DNA from: an uncultured Paraprevotella sp.
GTDB lineage: Bacteria; Bacteroidota; Bacteroidia; Bacteroidales; Bacteroidaceae
Assembly (NCBI GenBank): GCA_964540455.1
Contig: CAZIMK010000002.1
Coordinates: 39,643-103,642, forward strand
Length of the DNA stretch: 64,000 nt
Direction of reading: 5' to 3'
Positions 55,648 to 64,000 of the stretch are shown piece after piece; position 1 is the stretch's first letter, and each line of letters starts with the position of its first letter. The notes beneath the pieces were generated by a model that was not told where the DNA came from, searched no databases, and worked only from the letters and a program-made list of their open reading frames with translations. The translations under genes and the position numbers were made by a program.

Positions 55648-57012
55648 ATGCCTGGGAAAATATTCAAGCGCAAAATCTACGAAAGAATGCTCCGATGGAA
55701 GCAGGAGAGTGACGGCCGGACGGCACTCCTGATAAAAGGTGCCCGTCGAATCGGGAAATCGACAGTTGCCGAGGAATTCGCCCGTAAGGAATACGACTCC
55801 TATATCATCATCGACTTTTCAATAGCAGACGATGCCGTCAAAGAACTGTTTTCTCATATCTCGGACCTGGATTACTTCTTTCTGCGGGTTCAGTCCTTGT
55901 TCAACGTGACGCTGCACGAACGGAAATCGGTAATTGTCTTCGACGAAGTGCAGTTGTATCCCCCGGCCCGGCAAGCCATCAAACATCTTGTAAAAGACCG
56001 CCGGTATGATTATATCGAGACGGGGTCGCTCCTTTCCATCAAGAAAAACGTGAAAGGGATTGTGATACCGAGCGAAGAAACCCGTATCGCCATGTATCCG
56101 CTGAACTTTGAGGAGTTTTTATGGGCTATCGGAAAACCTCAGACCTATGAGCTGATCAGATACTCGTACCAGCATCTCAAGCCGCTGGGAGACGCTGTCA
56201 ACCGCGAACTCATGCGCTATTTCCGCCTGTACATGCTTATCGGTGGTATGCCGCAGACTGTAAACGCTTATCTCGAATCGAATGATTTCTCTGCCATAGA
56301 TGCGGTAAAACGAAACATTCTTGAACTATATATCGACGACCTGCGCAAAATCGACCCGACAGGACGCGCCTCACGCCTGTTTACCTCGATTCCGGCAGAG
56401 CTCTCCCGCAATACGACACGTTATAAGGTAGGAAGCGTGATTGAGAATGCGACAGCCAACCGGCTCAGCGAGTTGTTGATGGATTTAGCGGATTCGATGA
56501 CGGTAAACTTCGCCTATCATGCAAACGACCCCAGTGTGGGCTTCTCCCTCCATGCCGATTATGATTATTTCAAGATATTTCTTGCCGATACGGGATTGTT
56601 CGTTACGCTCGCTTTTATGGACCGCGACTATACGGAGAATGTAATATACCGGAAGCTGCTTTCCGACAAGCTCAACACAGATCTGGGATATATCTACGAG
56701 AATGCGATAGCCCAGATGCTGAAGAGCGCGGGCAACGAACTTTTCTACTATACGTTTAAAGAAGAGATATGGAAAGACGACGAAGAAAGCAAGACTGTCC
56801 GCAACTACGAAATCGACTTCCTGCTTTCACGCAAAGACAAGATATGCCCTGTCGAGGTAAAGTCTTCGGGATATAACTCACACAAGTCCCTCGACAAGTT
56901 CCTGCATAAGTTTTCGGCCAGAATCCTTGACAGATATCTTTTATATACCAAGGATTTAAGAAAGGACAAGGATATTTTCTGCCTGCCTGTATACATGACG
57001 GAACTGTTATAA
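55648..57012 (+). CDS. AAA-family ATPase with a DUF4143-type C-terminal domain
   Basis: 454 aa with 'LLIKGARRIGKST' (Walker A), 'VIVFDEVQ' (Walker B) and C-terminal 'YEIDFLL...KICPVEVKS'. Confidence 0.85.
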   Translation: MPGKIFKRKIYERMLRWKQESDGRTALLIKGARRIGKSTVAEEFARKEYDSYIIIDFSIADDAVKELFSHISDLDYFFLRVQSLFNVTLHERKSVIVFDEVQLYPPARQAIKHLVKDRRYDYIETGSLLSIKKNVKGIVIPSEETRIAMYPLNFEEFLWAIGKPQTYELIRYSYQHLKPLGDAVNRELMRYFRLYMLIGGMPQTVNAYLESNDFSAIDAVKRNILELYIDDLRKIDPTGRASRLFTSIPAELSRNTTRYKVGSVIENATANRLSELLMDLADSMTVNFAYHANDPSVGFSLHADYDYFKIFLADTGLFVTLAFMDRDYTENVIYRKLLSDKLNTDLGYIYENAIAQMLKSAGNELFYYTFKEEIWKDDEESKTVRNYEIDFLLSRKDKICPVEVKSSGYNSHKSLDKFLHKFSARILDRYLLYTKDLRKDKDIFCLPVYMTELL

Positions 57013-57066
57013 AGAAGCGTCCGAAAACAGCAAAAGATGTCCCGGATCTGTACAGGCTCTAAAAAA

Positions 57067-57122
57067 TTATACCTATTTATATATATGCGCGTGTGTGCGC
57101 GCATATATATAAATAGGTATAA
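57067..57122. terminator. Perfect 25-bp-arm palindrome (6-nt loop) between convergent genes; probable bidirectional terminator
   Basis: Arm 57067-57091 (TTATACCTATTTATATATATGCGCG) is the exact reverse complement of arm 57098-57122. Confidence 0.6.
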
Positions 57123-57130
57123 GGCCGGAC

Positions 57131-58501
57131 TTAACGGTTCCCGCCTACAGCGGCAATCAGTTCGTCCACCGTGGCGGACGTCTGTTCGCCGGTCTCCATG
57201 TTCTTCAGCGTCACCCGCCCCTCCTGCATCTCCGTCTCACCGACCAGTGCCACGAAAGGAATACACTTGGCATTGGCATAGCCCATCTGCTTCTTCATCT
57301 TGGCGGCATCGGGGTATATCTCGCAACGGATGCCCGCGGCACGCACCGACGCCATCACCGGCAGACACCAGGCCGCCTCGGCGGCACCGAAATTGACAAA
57401 CATCAGTTGTGTGCCGGTCGTGGTCTCCCGGGGATACAGGTCCAACTGGTTCAGCACGTCGAAGATGCGGTCCGCACCGAAGGAAATGCCCACGCCGCTC
57501 ACCCCCGGCAGTCCGAAGATGCCCGTCAGGTTGTCGTAACGTCCGCCGCCCGTAATACTGCCTATCTGCACGTCGAGCGCCTTCACCTCGAAGATACAGC
57601 CGGTATAGTAGTTCAGACCGCGTGCCAGCGTCAGGTCCAGTTCAATGACATTGTTCAGTCCGAGCGCGGCCAGCGTGTCCAGCACGAACTCGCATTCCCC
57701 TATGCCCTTCATACCGGTCTCGCTACCGGCCAAAGCCTGCTTCATCACGGCAAGTTTCCCGGCGTTGCTGCCGCTCATGGTGATGATGGGCTGTAGCCGG
57801 GCAATGGCCTCCCCGCCAATGCCGGCGGCGGCCAGTTCCGCATTCACATTGTCCAGCCCGATCTTGTCCAGTTTGTCCATTGCCACCGTAATGTCCACAA
57901 TCTTGTCGGCCTCGCCTATCATTTCGGCTATGCCGGTGAGTATCTTACGGTTGTTGAGCTTGATGCAAACACGGATACCGAAACGGGAGAACACCGTGTC
58001 GACAATCTGCATCAGTTCCACCTCGTTGAGCAACGAATCACTGCCCACCACATCGGCATCGCACTGATAAAACTCGCGATAGCGTCCTTTCTGCGGGCGG
58101 TCGGCTCTCCACACCGGCTGGATCTGATAGCGCCGGAAGGGCAAGGTCAGTTCCTCGCGGTGCTGCACCACATAGCGTGCGAAAGGTACGGTCAGGTCGT
58201 AGCGCAACCCTTTCTCACACAAGCGGGCAGCCAGTTTGTTAGTACCCTCTCCGGCCAGTTCCTCCGGCTGCAGGCCGGAAAGGAAATTGCCGGAATTGAG
58301 TATCTTGAAAAGGAGCTTGTCGCCCTCCTCGCCATACTTCCCCATCAGCGTGGACAGGTTCTCCATGGCGGGTGTCTCTATCTGCTGGAATCCATAAAGC
58401 GCATATACGCTCCGTATGGTGTCGAATATATAATTGCGCTTGGCCATCTCTATGGGCGAGAAGTCGCGCGTCCCTTTGGGTATACCGGGTTTCGTTGCCA
58501 T
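57131..58501 (-). CDS. hisS: Histidine--tRNA ligase
   Basis: '[40 protein letters not shown]' and '[27 protein letters not shown]'. The start was set to the ATG at 58501. Confidence 0.9.
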   Translation of the reverse strand: MATKPGIPKGTRDFSPIEMAKRNYIFDTIRSVYALYGFQQIETPAMENLSTLMGKYGEEGDKLLFKILNSGNFLSGLQPEELAGEGTNKLAARLCEKGLRYDLTVPFARYVVQHREELTLPFRRYQIQPVWRADRPQKGRYREFYQCDADVVGSDSLLNEVELMQIVDTVFSRFGIRVCIKLNNRKILTGIAEMIGEADKIVDITVAMDKLDKIGLDNVNAELAAAGIGGEAIARLQPIITMSGSNAGKLAVMKQALAGSETGMKGIGECEFVLDTLAALGLNNVIELDLTLARGLNYYTGCIFEVKALDVQIGSITGGGRYDNLTGIFGLPGVSGVGISFGADRIFDVLNQLDLYPRETTTGTQLMFVNFGAAEAAWCLPVMASVRAAGIRCEIYPDAAKMKKQMGYANAKCIPFVALVGETEMQEGRVTLKNMETGEQTSATVDELIAAVGGNR

Positions 58502-58654
58502 TGCTTTACTATGAATTAAAATAAACGGATACAAAGGTACATCTTTTAATCCTGAATTCATAATACACGATTCACGATTCGTCGGGAAATGAAGACGGAA
58601 AGCATTTCCTCCGGAGAAAATCCCCGTTTATTCGCATATTCCGGATATTTTATC

Positions 58655-58662
58655 TAAGTTTG
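58655..58662 (+). promoter_or_regulatory. -7 promoter motif (TAAGTTTG)
   Basis: Matches TAnnTTTG, 30 nt upstream of the ATG at 58692. Confidence 0.5.
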
Positions 58663-58691
58663 CACACGCAAAAAACAGATACATTCAGACT

Positions 58692-61490
58692 ATGAACTTT
58701 TTCAGAAAGCCCGCACCGGCGGCTCCCGCCGCCCCCCTGCAACCGGCGCCCCGGCCGGATGACATTCCCGCGGCTCCCCGCAACGAAGACCTGTCGCCCG
58801 AAGAACTGGCACGGCAATGGTTCCGCAAACGTTTCGGGACAGCCATGCCGGAAGAGGTGCTCACGCTGTTCCGTTCCGTGGCCCGCGCCGAAGCCCAGCG
58901 CAACAAAGCGGCCGGCAACCGATGCAGCAAGCAGGAACTGGCACAACTGAAGGAAGCGCGGCGCCTGTGCGAAACGAAGCTCGACAACACGGAACACTCG
59001 CTCGAGCAACTGAGGCACCAGCAGGAATGGTTCACCACGTTCATCACCCTGACCCACAAACTGGACTCGGCCAAGGCCGCCTTGTACGAAATCAACAAGC
59101 AGTATGCCGCCGTGACGGGACAGGTGCGCGAACTGGAGCGCTACGAGGCGTTCGAGTCCGTGCAGGGCATCTTCCAGCGCATACGCGTACTGGAAAAAGA
59201 GATACAGCGCAACAAGGCCGCCCAGACGGAAACGGATGCCCTCGTCCGGCAGCTGAAAAGCCGGATGACGAAAGCGGAGGAAACGTACGGGCAATCCGAC
59301 CGCAAACGGAGCGAATCGGAAGAACTGCTCTCCCGGATGTACGAGACACTGGCCGAAGGATACCACATCAAAGGCGCCCTGAACGTGTTACAGGGAAACA
59401 TGAAGCAGGCCGAAAGCCAGACGGCACGCCTGCAACAGACCCTGTTCGCACTGAACAAAGAGCGGCTGGAACTGGCCAGCGAGACGGAACGGATAGACAC
59501 GGACAACGGACACAAACGCCAGGAACTGCAGAATATGGAAGCGCACCGGTTTATGCTGGACCATAGCGAAATGATACAGAGCAAGCTGGACGTACTGCTC
59601 GACATACACCAGCAACGGACCCAACTGCAGCTGAATCTGGACAGGAACAGAAAAAAACAGAACGAACAGAACGAACTGCTCAACCGCCTGTTCCAGCAAC
59701 ATCAGGAACTCGACCTGCAGATACACACGCTGCAAAGCGAACTGCAGGTGCACCGCCAGAGCAACCACGGCCTGGACAACTATTCGCTGCAGGAACGGGC
59801 CATGCTCCTGAAGGACAAGCGCCAGCGCCTGCAGAGCGCCAGCCTGCTGTGGAAGCGGATATCCGCAGGCTACGACGCCATCAACGAAAAGGAGCAGAGC
59901 ATCATACGGCTGCAATTGCACACGGACCACCAGGCGACCACCATCCTGCAACTGGAACGGGAAATCGGCGTCCTGCGCCCGCAATGCGAGGAACTGAAGT
60001 ATGCCTACACACTGAGCAAAAGCCAGAACGTCATCCAGTTGCGCAGCGACCTGAGAGAAGGACGGAACTGTAGCGTATGCGGCGCCACGCATCACCCGTT
60101 CCATTCGGACACGATGCTGGAGCAGAGCAAACTGATATCGGAAATAAAGACCGACTATGAACTGACGGCCGAGGAACTGAGAAAGAAAGAGGAACGGCTC
60201 ATCGAACTGAAACTGACCCAGGCATCCGAAACCAGCAGACTGACCGAAGAACGGCTCCAGCTGGAGAGCCTGAAAAGGAGACACGAGGAGGACATCTGCG
60301 AATGGGAAGCGTACAAGACCGTGGACCGCTCGTTCGCCGACTGCTCGCCGTCGACCAACAAGGAGGCCCGGAAGGTGATGCTGCAACAGCTGATAGAGAA
60401 GACAGGCGTGGACGCCGAAGAGGCACAGAAAGAACTGGACTCGTTCAACTTCCACCAGAACCGTATCAACCAGATCAACGAACGCATCGCGCAATGCGAA
60501 CTGAACAAAAGCAACACCGTGGTGCGTCTGAATGAGGTGAACACGGCCTGTCAGGTGCTGGCCCACAACGTGGAAAGCCTGCAACAATACTACACGGAGG
60601 AAAACCGGAGATACAGCCAGCTGTATGAGGAACTGGACCGGCAGATTTCCCTGTCAGGCTGGATAAGGGAATGGAGTTCCGGCCCTGAAAGCGTCAAGAT
60701 GAAGATACAGCAGATGACCGAAAAATGGAGAACCCTGAACCGCAGTACGGAATACAACGGCATCGCGCTGAAACAGAAAAAAGACATGCTCGAGAGCATC
60801 GACCTGCGCATCAAATACCTGAAAGGACTGCTGGAAACCATCAGCGATGCCAGGACGGCCACGGAGGAACTTATCAAGGACAAACAGAACACGTTCCGGA
60901 AACTGTTCGGCGAAAAGGACGTAAAGGAATGTTTCACGGAACTGAGCCTGACCGTCGCCGGCAGCCGGCAGGAGGAACTGCTGAAAAGAGATGAACTGAA
61001 ACGGGCCGCCGCCGAACTGCTGCAGGCGGAAGGACAACAGGACGCCCTGGAGAACGACAGCCGGAGACTGGAGGAGATGCTCGCGGAAGAACGGGCGGAA
61101 CTCGACCTTTGGATCCGCCGGTACAATGCCGGACATCCGCCGGTGCAGCTCATCGAACTGGAGCGTGTGTTCGCGGCGGACAAAGACTGGAACCAGATGC
61201 GGGAAACCGTACGCGAACTGGACCGGAAAGCCACTCTGGCACAGGCCCGCGTAGACAGCATACGCGCAGAACTGACAGCTCACCAGGCAGACGGCATGCG
61301 GCCCAACGAAAACAAGGAGGAGACACGGGAGATTCTGAAGAAAAGGCAGTTGCAGCTGGAACTGAAACGCCGCGAGATACTGTCGCAGATAGCGGCCTAC
61401 GACGTGCGTCTGTCGGCCCACGAAAAAAGCGAGGAACAGATAAAAGCATGTACACAGGAAATTCAGGACATCGCTTCTCAGAACGACTGA
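58692..61490 (+). CDS. Long coiled-coil protein with an SbcC/Rad50-type CxxC hook but no recognisable ATPase head domains
   Basis: 932 aa. Pro/Ala-rich N-terminus, then near-continuous Glu/Gln/Leu/Arg/Lys heptad-like sequence. The central 'GRNCSVCGATHHPFH' fits a zinc-hook CxxC. No GxxxxGK[ST] was found anywhere on visual scan. Confidence 0.7.
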   Translation: MNFFRKPAPAAPAAPLQPAPRPDDIPAAPRNEDLSPEELARQWFRKRFGTAMPEEVLTLFRSVARAEAQRNKAAGNRCSKQELAQLKEARRLCETKLDNTEHSLEQLRHQQEWFTTFITLTHKLDSAKAALYEINKQYAAVTGQVRELERYEAFESVQGIFQRIRVLEKEIQRNKAAQTETDALVRQLKSRMTKAEETYGQSDRKRSESEELLSRMYETLAEGYHIKGALNVLQGNMKQAESQTARLQQTLFALNKERLELASETERIDTDNGHKRQELQNMEAHRFMLDHSEMIQSKLDVLLDIHQQRTQLQLNLDRNRKKQNEQNELLNRLFQQHQELDLQIHTLQSELQVHRQSNHGLDNYSLQERAMLLKDKRQRLQSASLLWKRISAGYDAINEKEQSIIRLQLHTDHQATTILQLEREIGVLRPQCEELKYAYTLSKSQNVIQLRSDLREGRNCSVCGATHHPFHSDTMLEQSKLISEIKTDYELTAEELRKKEERLIELKLTQASETSRLTEERLQLESLKRRHEEDICEWEAYKTVDRSFADCSPSTNKEARKVMLQQLIEKTGVDAEEAQKELDSFNFHQNRINQINERIAQCELNKSNTVVRLNEVNTACQVLAHNVESLQQYYTEENRRYSQLYEELDRQISLSGWIREWSSGPESVKMKIQQMTEKWRTLNRSTEYNGIALKQKKDMLESIDLRIKYLKGLLETISDARTATEELIKDKQNTFRKLFGEKDVKECFTELSLTVAGSRQEELLKRDELKRAAAELLQAEGQQDALENDSRRLEEMLAEERAELDLWIRRYNAGHPPVQLIELERVFAADKDWNQMRETVRELDRKATLAQARVDSIRAELTAHQADGMRPNENKEETREILKKRQLQLELKRREILSQIAAYDVRLSAHEKSEEQIKACTQEIQDIASQND

Positions 61491-62170
61491 TCCGGCTCAT
61501 ATTGTCATTGTGCCTCCTCGGAGGACTGCCCGCACAGCACACGGCTTATGCCCGTCCGGACAACCGGAAGTTCACCCTCGTCATCGACGCCGGGCACGGA
61601 GGACGCGACCTGGGCGCAACGGGCAGACGCTCGCACGAGAAAGACATCACGCTGGATATAGCCAAACGGACAGGAAGACTCATCCGGCGCCACTGCAAAG
61701 AGGTGCGCGTCATCCAGACACGCACGAAAGACGAGAACATGTCGCTGGAAGACCGGGCGGGAATGGCCAACTTCTTCGAAGCGGACCTGCTTCTCTCCAT
61801 TCATGTCAACTCGGCGCCGACGCTGGCCAAAGGCACTGAGACATTCATTCATCCCAAGACCCGGGACGGGCGGAGCCGACACATGGCCCGTCTGATACAG
61901 CAAGCGTATGAAAAGGAAGCCGGAAGAGAAAACCGGGGAGTGAAGACCGCCAATTTCGCCGTTCTGCGACTGAGCCGCATGCCCAGCGTACTGACGGAAG
62001 TCGGCTTCATCAGCCACGCCCGGGAAGAGAAATTCATCAAGTCGAGACGGGGCAAGAAGAAACTGTCGCGATGCCTGTACCGGGCTTTCCGGCAATACAA
62101 AGACACATACGCCTGTCAGGGCGCGGAGAAAACGAAAGCGGCCGCCTCACTCTCCGAACGAGTCCAGTAA
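61448..62170 (+). CDS. N-acetylmuramoyl-L-alanine amidase (Amidase_3, AmiC-like)
   Basis: 'FTLVIDAGHGGRDLGA', 'LLLSIHVNS', 'GTETFIH' and 'ANFAVLR...PSVLTEVGFISH'. The signal-like 'LIRLILSLCLLGGLPAQHTAYA' precedes these. The first in-frame ATG at 61448 overlaps the upstream gene by 43 nt. Confidence 0.8.
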   Translation: MYTGNSGHRFSERLIRLILSLCLLGGLPAQHTAYARPDNRKFTLVIDAGHGGRDLGATGRRSHEKDITLDIAKRTGRLIRRHCKEVRVIQTRTKDENMSLEDRAGMANFFEADLLLSIHVNSAPTLAKGTETFIHPKTRDGRSRHMARLIQQAYEKEAGRENRGVKTANFAVLRLSRMPSVLTEVGFISHAREEKFIKSRRGKKKLSRCLYRAFRQYKDTYACQGAEKTKAAASLSERVQ

Positions 62171-63976
62171 CCGGAGGAAACGGGCTCCGTATTTCTCTTT
62201 CTTGTATTCGCCTATACCGGACACCCGGCCGAATTCGTCCAGCGTGCGCGGCCTGGACTCACACAAGGCATGAAGCACCTTGTCCGACATGATGATATAA
62301 GGAGGCAATTGCTGTTCGTCTGCCAACTGCTTGCGCAATTTCCGCAACGCCTCGAACAGTCCGTCATCTTCCGGACGGACAAGACCGGTACGTTGCTTGG
62401 GCAAGGCGGGTATCGCAAGCCGCAGGACGGGGTCCGCCTTCTTCGACGGACGCTCCGGCTGCCGTTCCTCGCGCCGGATGCGTGCCAGCATGGCCTGTCC
62501 GTGTCCGTACAGCACAGCCCGTCCGCTGTCCGTCAGCCGGAAACGGTTGTTCTGGTCGTAAGCAATCTCCACAAAGCCCAGTTGCATCATCTGCAACACA
62601 TAATCCTGCCAGTCGCGCCCGGGCACCTCCCTTCCCGCGGCGAACGTCTTCAGCCGGTCGTATCCCATGCGCTTCACCTCGGGAGAATACGTCCCCCTCA
62701 GGATATCCACCAGCACGGACATACCGACCTGTTCGTCCGTCCGCACCAGGGCGCTCAGGGCTTTCTGCACAAGTACCGTCCCGTCGAACCGCTGCGGCGG
62801 ATTGCGGCACACGTCACAGTTGCCGCAGTCACATCCGGCCGGTTCCCCGAAGTAATTAAGCAGTATGCGGCGCCGGCACACATCTGCCTCCGCATACTCC
62901 CGCATACGGTGGAGACGTTCCATATTCATGTCCCGCTGTCCGCTGTCTTTCGCAAACCTCTCCAGCTGGATGATGTCCCCGTATGAATAAAAAAGCAATG
63001 TTTCCGCCGGCAGTCCGTCCCGGCCGGCACGCCCTATCTCCTGATAAAAACACTCGATACTCTTGGGCAGATTATAATGAATGACAAAACGCACGTTCGA
63101 CTTGTCTATCCCCATTCCGAAAGCCACCGTCGCACACACCAGCCGGACACGGTCGTTGATGAAATCGTCCTGCGCCCGCTCCCGCTCTTCCACAGACAGA
63201 CCCGCATGGTAGACCGCCACCGGCACGCCGCGTTTCTCCAGCAGTTCCGCCACCTTCTCCGTCGTCTTGCGGCTCATACAATATATAATACCGCATTCGC
63301 CTCTGTGACGGGCCAGCACGGCCATGACAGCGCGCAACTTCTCATCCTGCCTGTATCCCCTGCGAACCTCCAGACTGAGATTCGGACGATCGAAAGAGGA
63401 AATGAACACCCGGGGATTGTCCAGTCCCAGCTGGTCGAGAATGTCCTGCCTCGTCACTTTGTCCGCCGTCGCGGTCAGCGCCACGACCGGCACGCCGGGG
63501 AATTCCTGTTTAAGAACATTCAGCTGTGCGTATTCCGGCCGGAAATCATGCCCCCACTGGGATATGCAGTGCGCTTCGTCGATAGCAAAGAGAGAGACTT
63601 TCATGTCTTTCAGCAGAAACGGGAGCTCATTCTGCAGGCGCTCCGGCGAAATATAAAGCAACTTCACCTTTCCCTGCAGACAGGCACGCCGCACGGCCAC
63701 ATTTTCCGCATCGTCATTCGTGGAATTGAGCGCCACGGCTTCCACTCCGTTCGCGCGCAACGCCTCCACCTGATCCTTCATCAGGGAAATCAAAGGCGAG
63801 ACAACCACGGCCGTCCCTTCCATCATCAGAGCCGGTATCTGGTAACAAAGGCTTTTTCCTCCCCCGGTAGGCATCAATACAAGCGCGTCTTTCCCCTCCG
63901 ACACATGTGTGATTATTTCTTTTTGCAAAGGGCGAAAACTCGTATAACCGAAATAGCGTTTCAGCGTTTTAAACAT
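62147..63976 (-). CDS. recQ: ATP-dependent DNA helicase RecQ
   Basis: 609 aa with 'FGYTSFRPLQKEII', 'MPTGGGKSLCYQIPA', 'FAIDEAHCISQWGHDFRPEY', a Zn-binding 'CRRR...CGNCDVC' and a C-terminal HRDC-like region. Confidence 0.9.
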   Translation of the reverse strand: MFKTLKRYFGYTSFRPLQKEIITHVSEGKDALVLMPTGGGKSLCYQIPALMMEGTAVVVSPLISLMKDQVEALRANGVEAVALNSTNDDAENVAVRRACLQGKVKLLYISPERLQNELPFLLKDMKVSLFAIDEAHCISQWGHDFRPEYAQLNVLKQEFPGVPVVALTATADKVTRQDILDQLGLDNPRVFISSFDRPNLSLEVRRGYRQDEKLRAVMAVLARHRGECGIIYCMSRKTTEKVAELLEKRGVPVAVYHAGLSVEERERAQDDFINDRVRLVCATVAFGMGIDKSNVRFVIHYNLPKSIECFYQEIGRAGRDGLPAETLLFYSYGDIIQLERFAKDSGQRDMNMERLHRMREYAEADVCRRRILLNYFGEPAGCDCGNCDVCRNPPQRFDGTVLVQKALSALVRTDEQVGMSVLVDILRGTYSPEVKRMGYDRLKTFAAGREVPGRDWQDYVLQMMQLGFVEIAYDQNNRFRLTDSGRAVLYGHGQAMLARIRREERQPERPSKKADPVLRLAIPALPKQRTGLVRPEDDGLFEALRKLRKQLADEQQLPPYIIMSDKVLHALCESRPRTLDEFGRVSGIGEYKKEKYGARFLRLLDSFGE

Positions 63977-64000
63977 AAGTTTTCCGTATGAAATAGGTTT

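Noticed and set aside
55254-55732. Several overlapping ORFs on both strands across the 55.25-55.73-kb intergenic region.
   Set aside because: They are generated by the tandem repeats, as the repeated peptide 'FAVSDKKRQKH' shows. They also overlap a promoter motif. The region is better explained as non-coding repeat arrays.
58650-61421. A series of long minus-strand ORFs (58650-59366, 59388-60587, 60590-61261, 60654-61421) opposite the coiled-coil gene.
   Set aside because: The sense strand is built from GAG/CAG/CTG/AAG-type codons. Their complements rarely give stops, so open antisense frames are expected. The translations are low-complexity (Leu/Phe/Gln/Val or Ser-rich) and show no signal of real genes.

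Overview
This 64-kb chromosomal window looks like a Bacteroidales (Bacteroidota) genome. Three things support that: recurrent TAnnTTTG -7 promoter motifs, two proteins with T9SS-type C-terminal sorting domains, and the lineage-typical DUF3987 / DUF4248 / HU-like / small ORF / amidase cluster. All calls come from reading the sequence and recognising motifs; nothing was searched or computed.

By eye the composition is a mosaic. Clearly AT-rich islands (about 25-16,250 and 26,070-29,340) sit in a GC-rich core.

Contents in order:
1. An AT-rich two-gene module: a tandem KaiC-like ATPase-fold protein with degenerate P-loops plus a polytopic membrane protein.
2. A decayed IS630-family transposase.
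3. A roughly 14-kb capsule/O-antigen-type polysaccharide locus (4.3-18.5 kb). It holds an IspD/TarI-like cytidylyltransferase, an SDR, a Wzx flippase, LicD, acetyl/acyltransferases, GT2 and GT4 glycosyltransferases, a Wzy-like protein and a pyruvyl transferase. A promoter-bearing two-gene cassette of unknown function is inserted in the middle.
4. Amidase_2, a 37-codon ORF, an HU-like gene, DUF4248 and a DUF3987/VirE-like gene.
5. A PD-(D/E)XK-type AAA protein and a truncated AbiEii remnant.
6. A second AT-rich trio of glycosyltransferases.
7. Core genes: pepT, tamAB, a cyclophilin PPIase, queDE, hipBA, hisS, an Amidase_3 and recQ.
8. Two very large T9SS-sorted surface proteins, one of them in an operon with a PI-PLC-like lipoprotein and a FISUMP-type lipoprotein.

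Signals most worth following up:
- The pseudo-KaiC + membrane pair.
- The wHTH + single-pass membrane cassette inside the capsule operon.
- A 52-54-bp imperfect inverted repeat with one arm inside the DUF3987 gene and the other just past its stop codon (candidate partial-intragenic inverton, or an mRNA duplex).
- Unusually long poly-G/C tracts (G9, G7, G11, G9, C9) in AT-rich coding sequence and in one promoter.
- A 932-aa SbcC/Rad50-like coiled coil with a CxxC hook but no ATPase heads, overlapping a cell-wall amidase gene.

No rRNA, tRNA or CRISPR array was seen.
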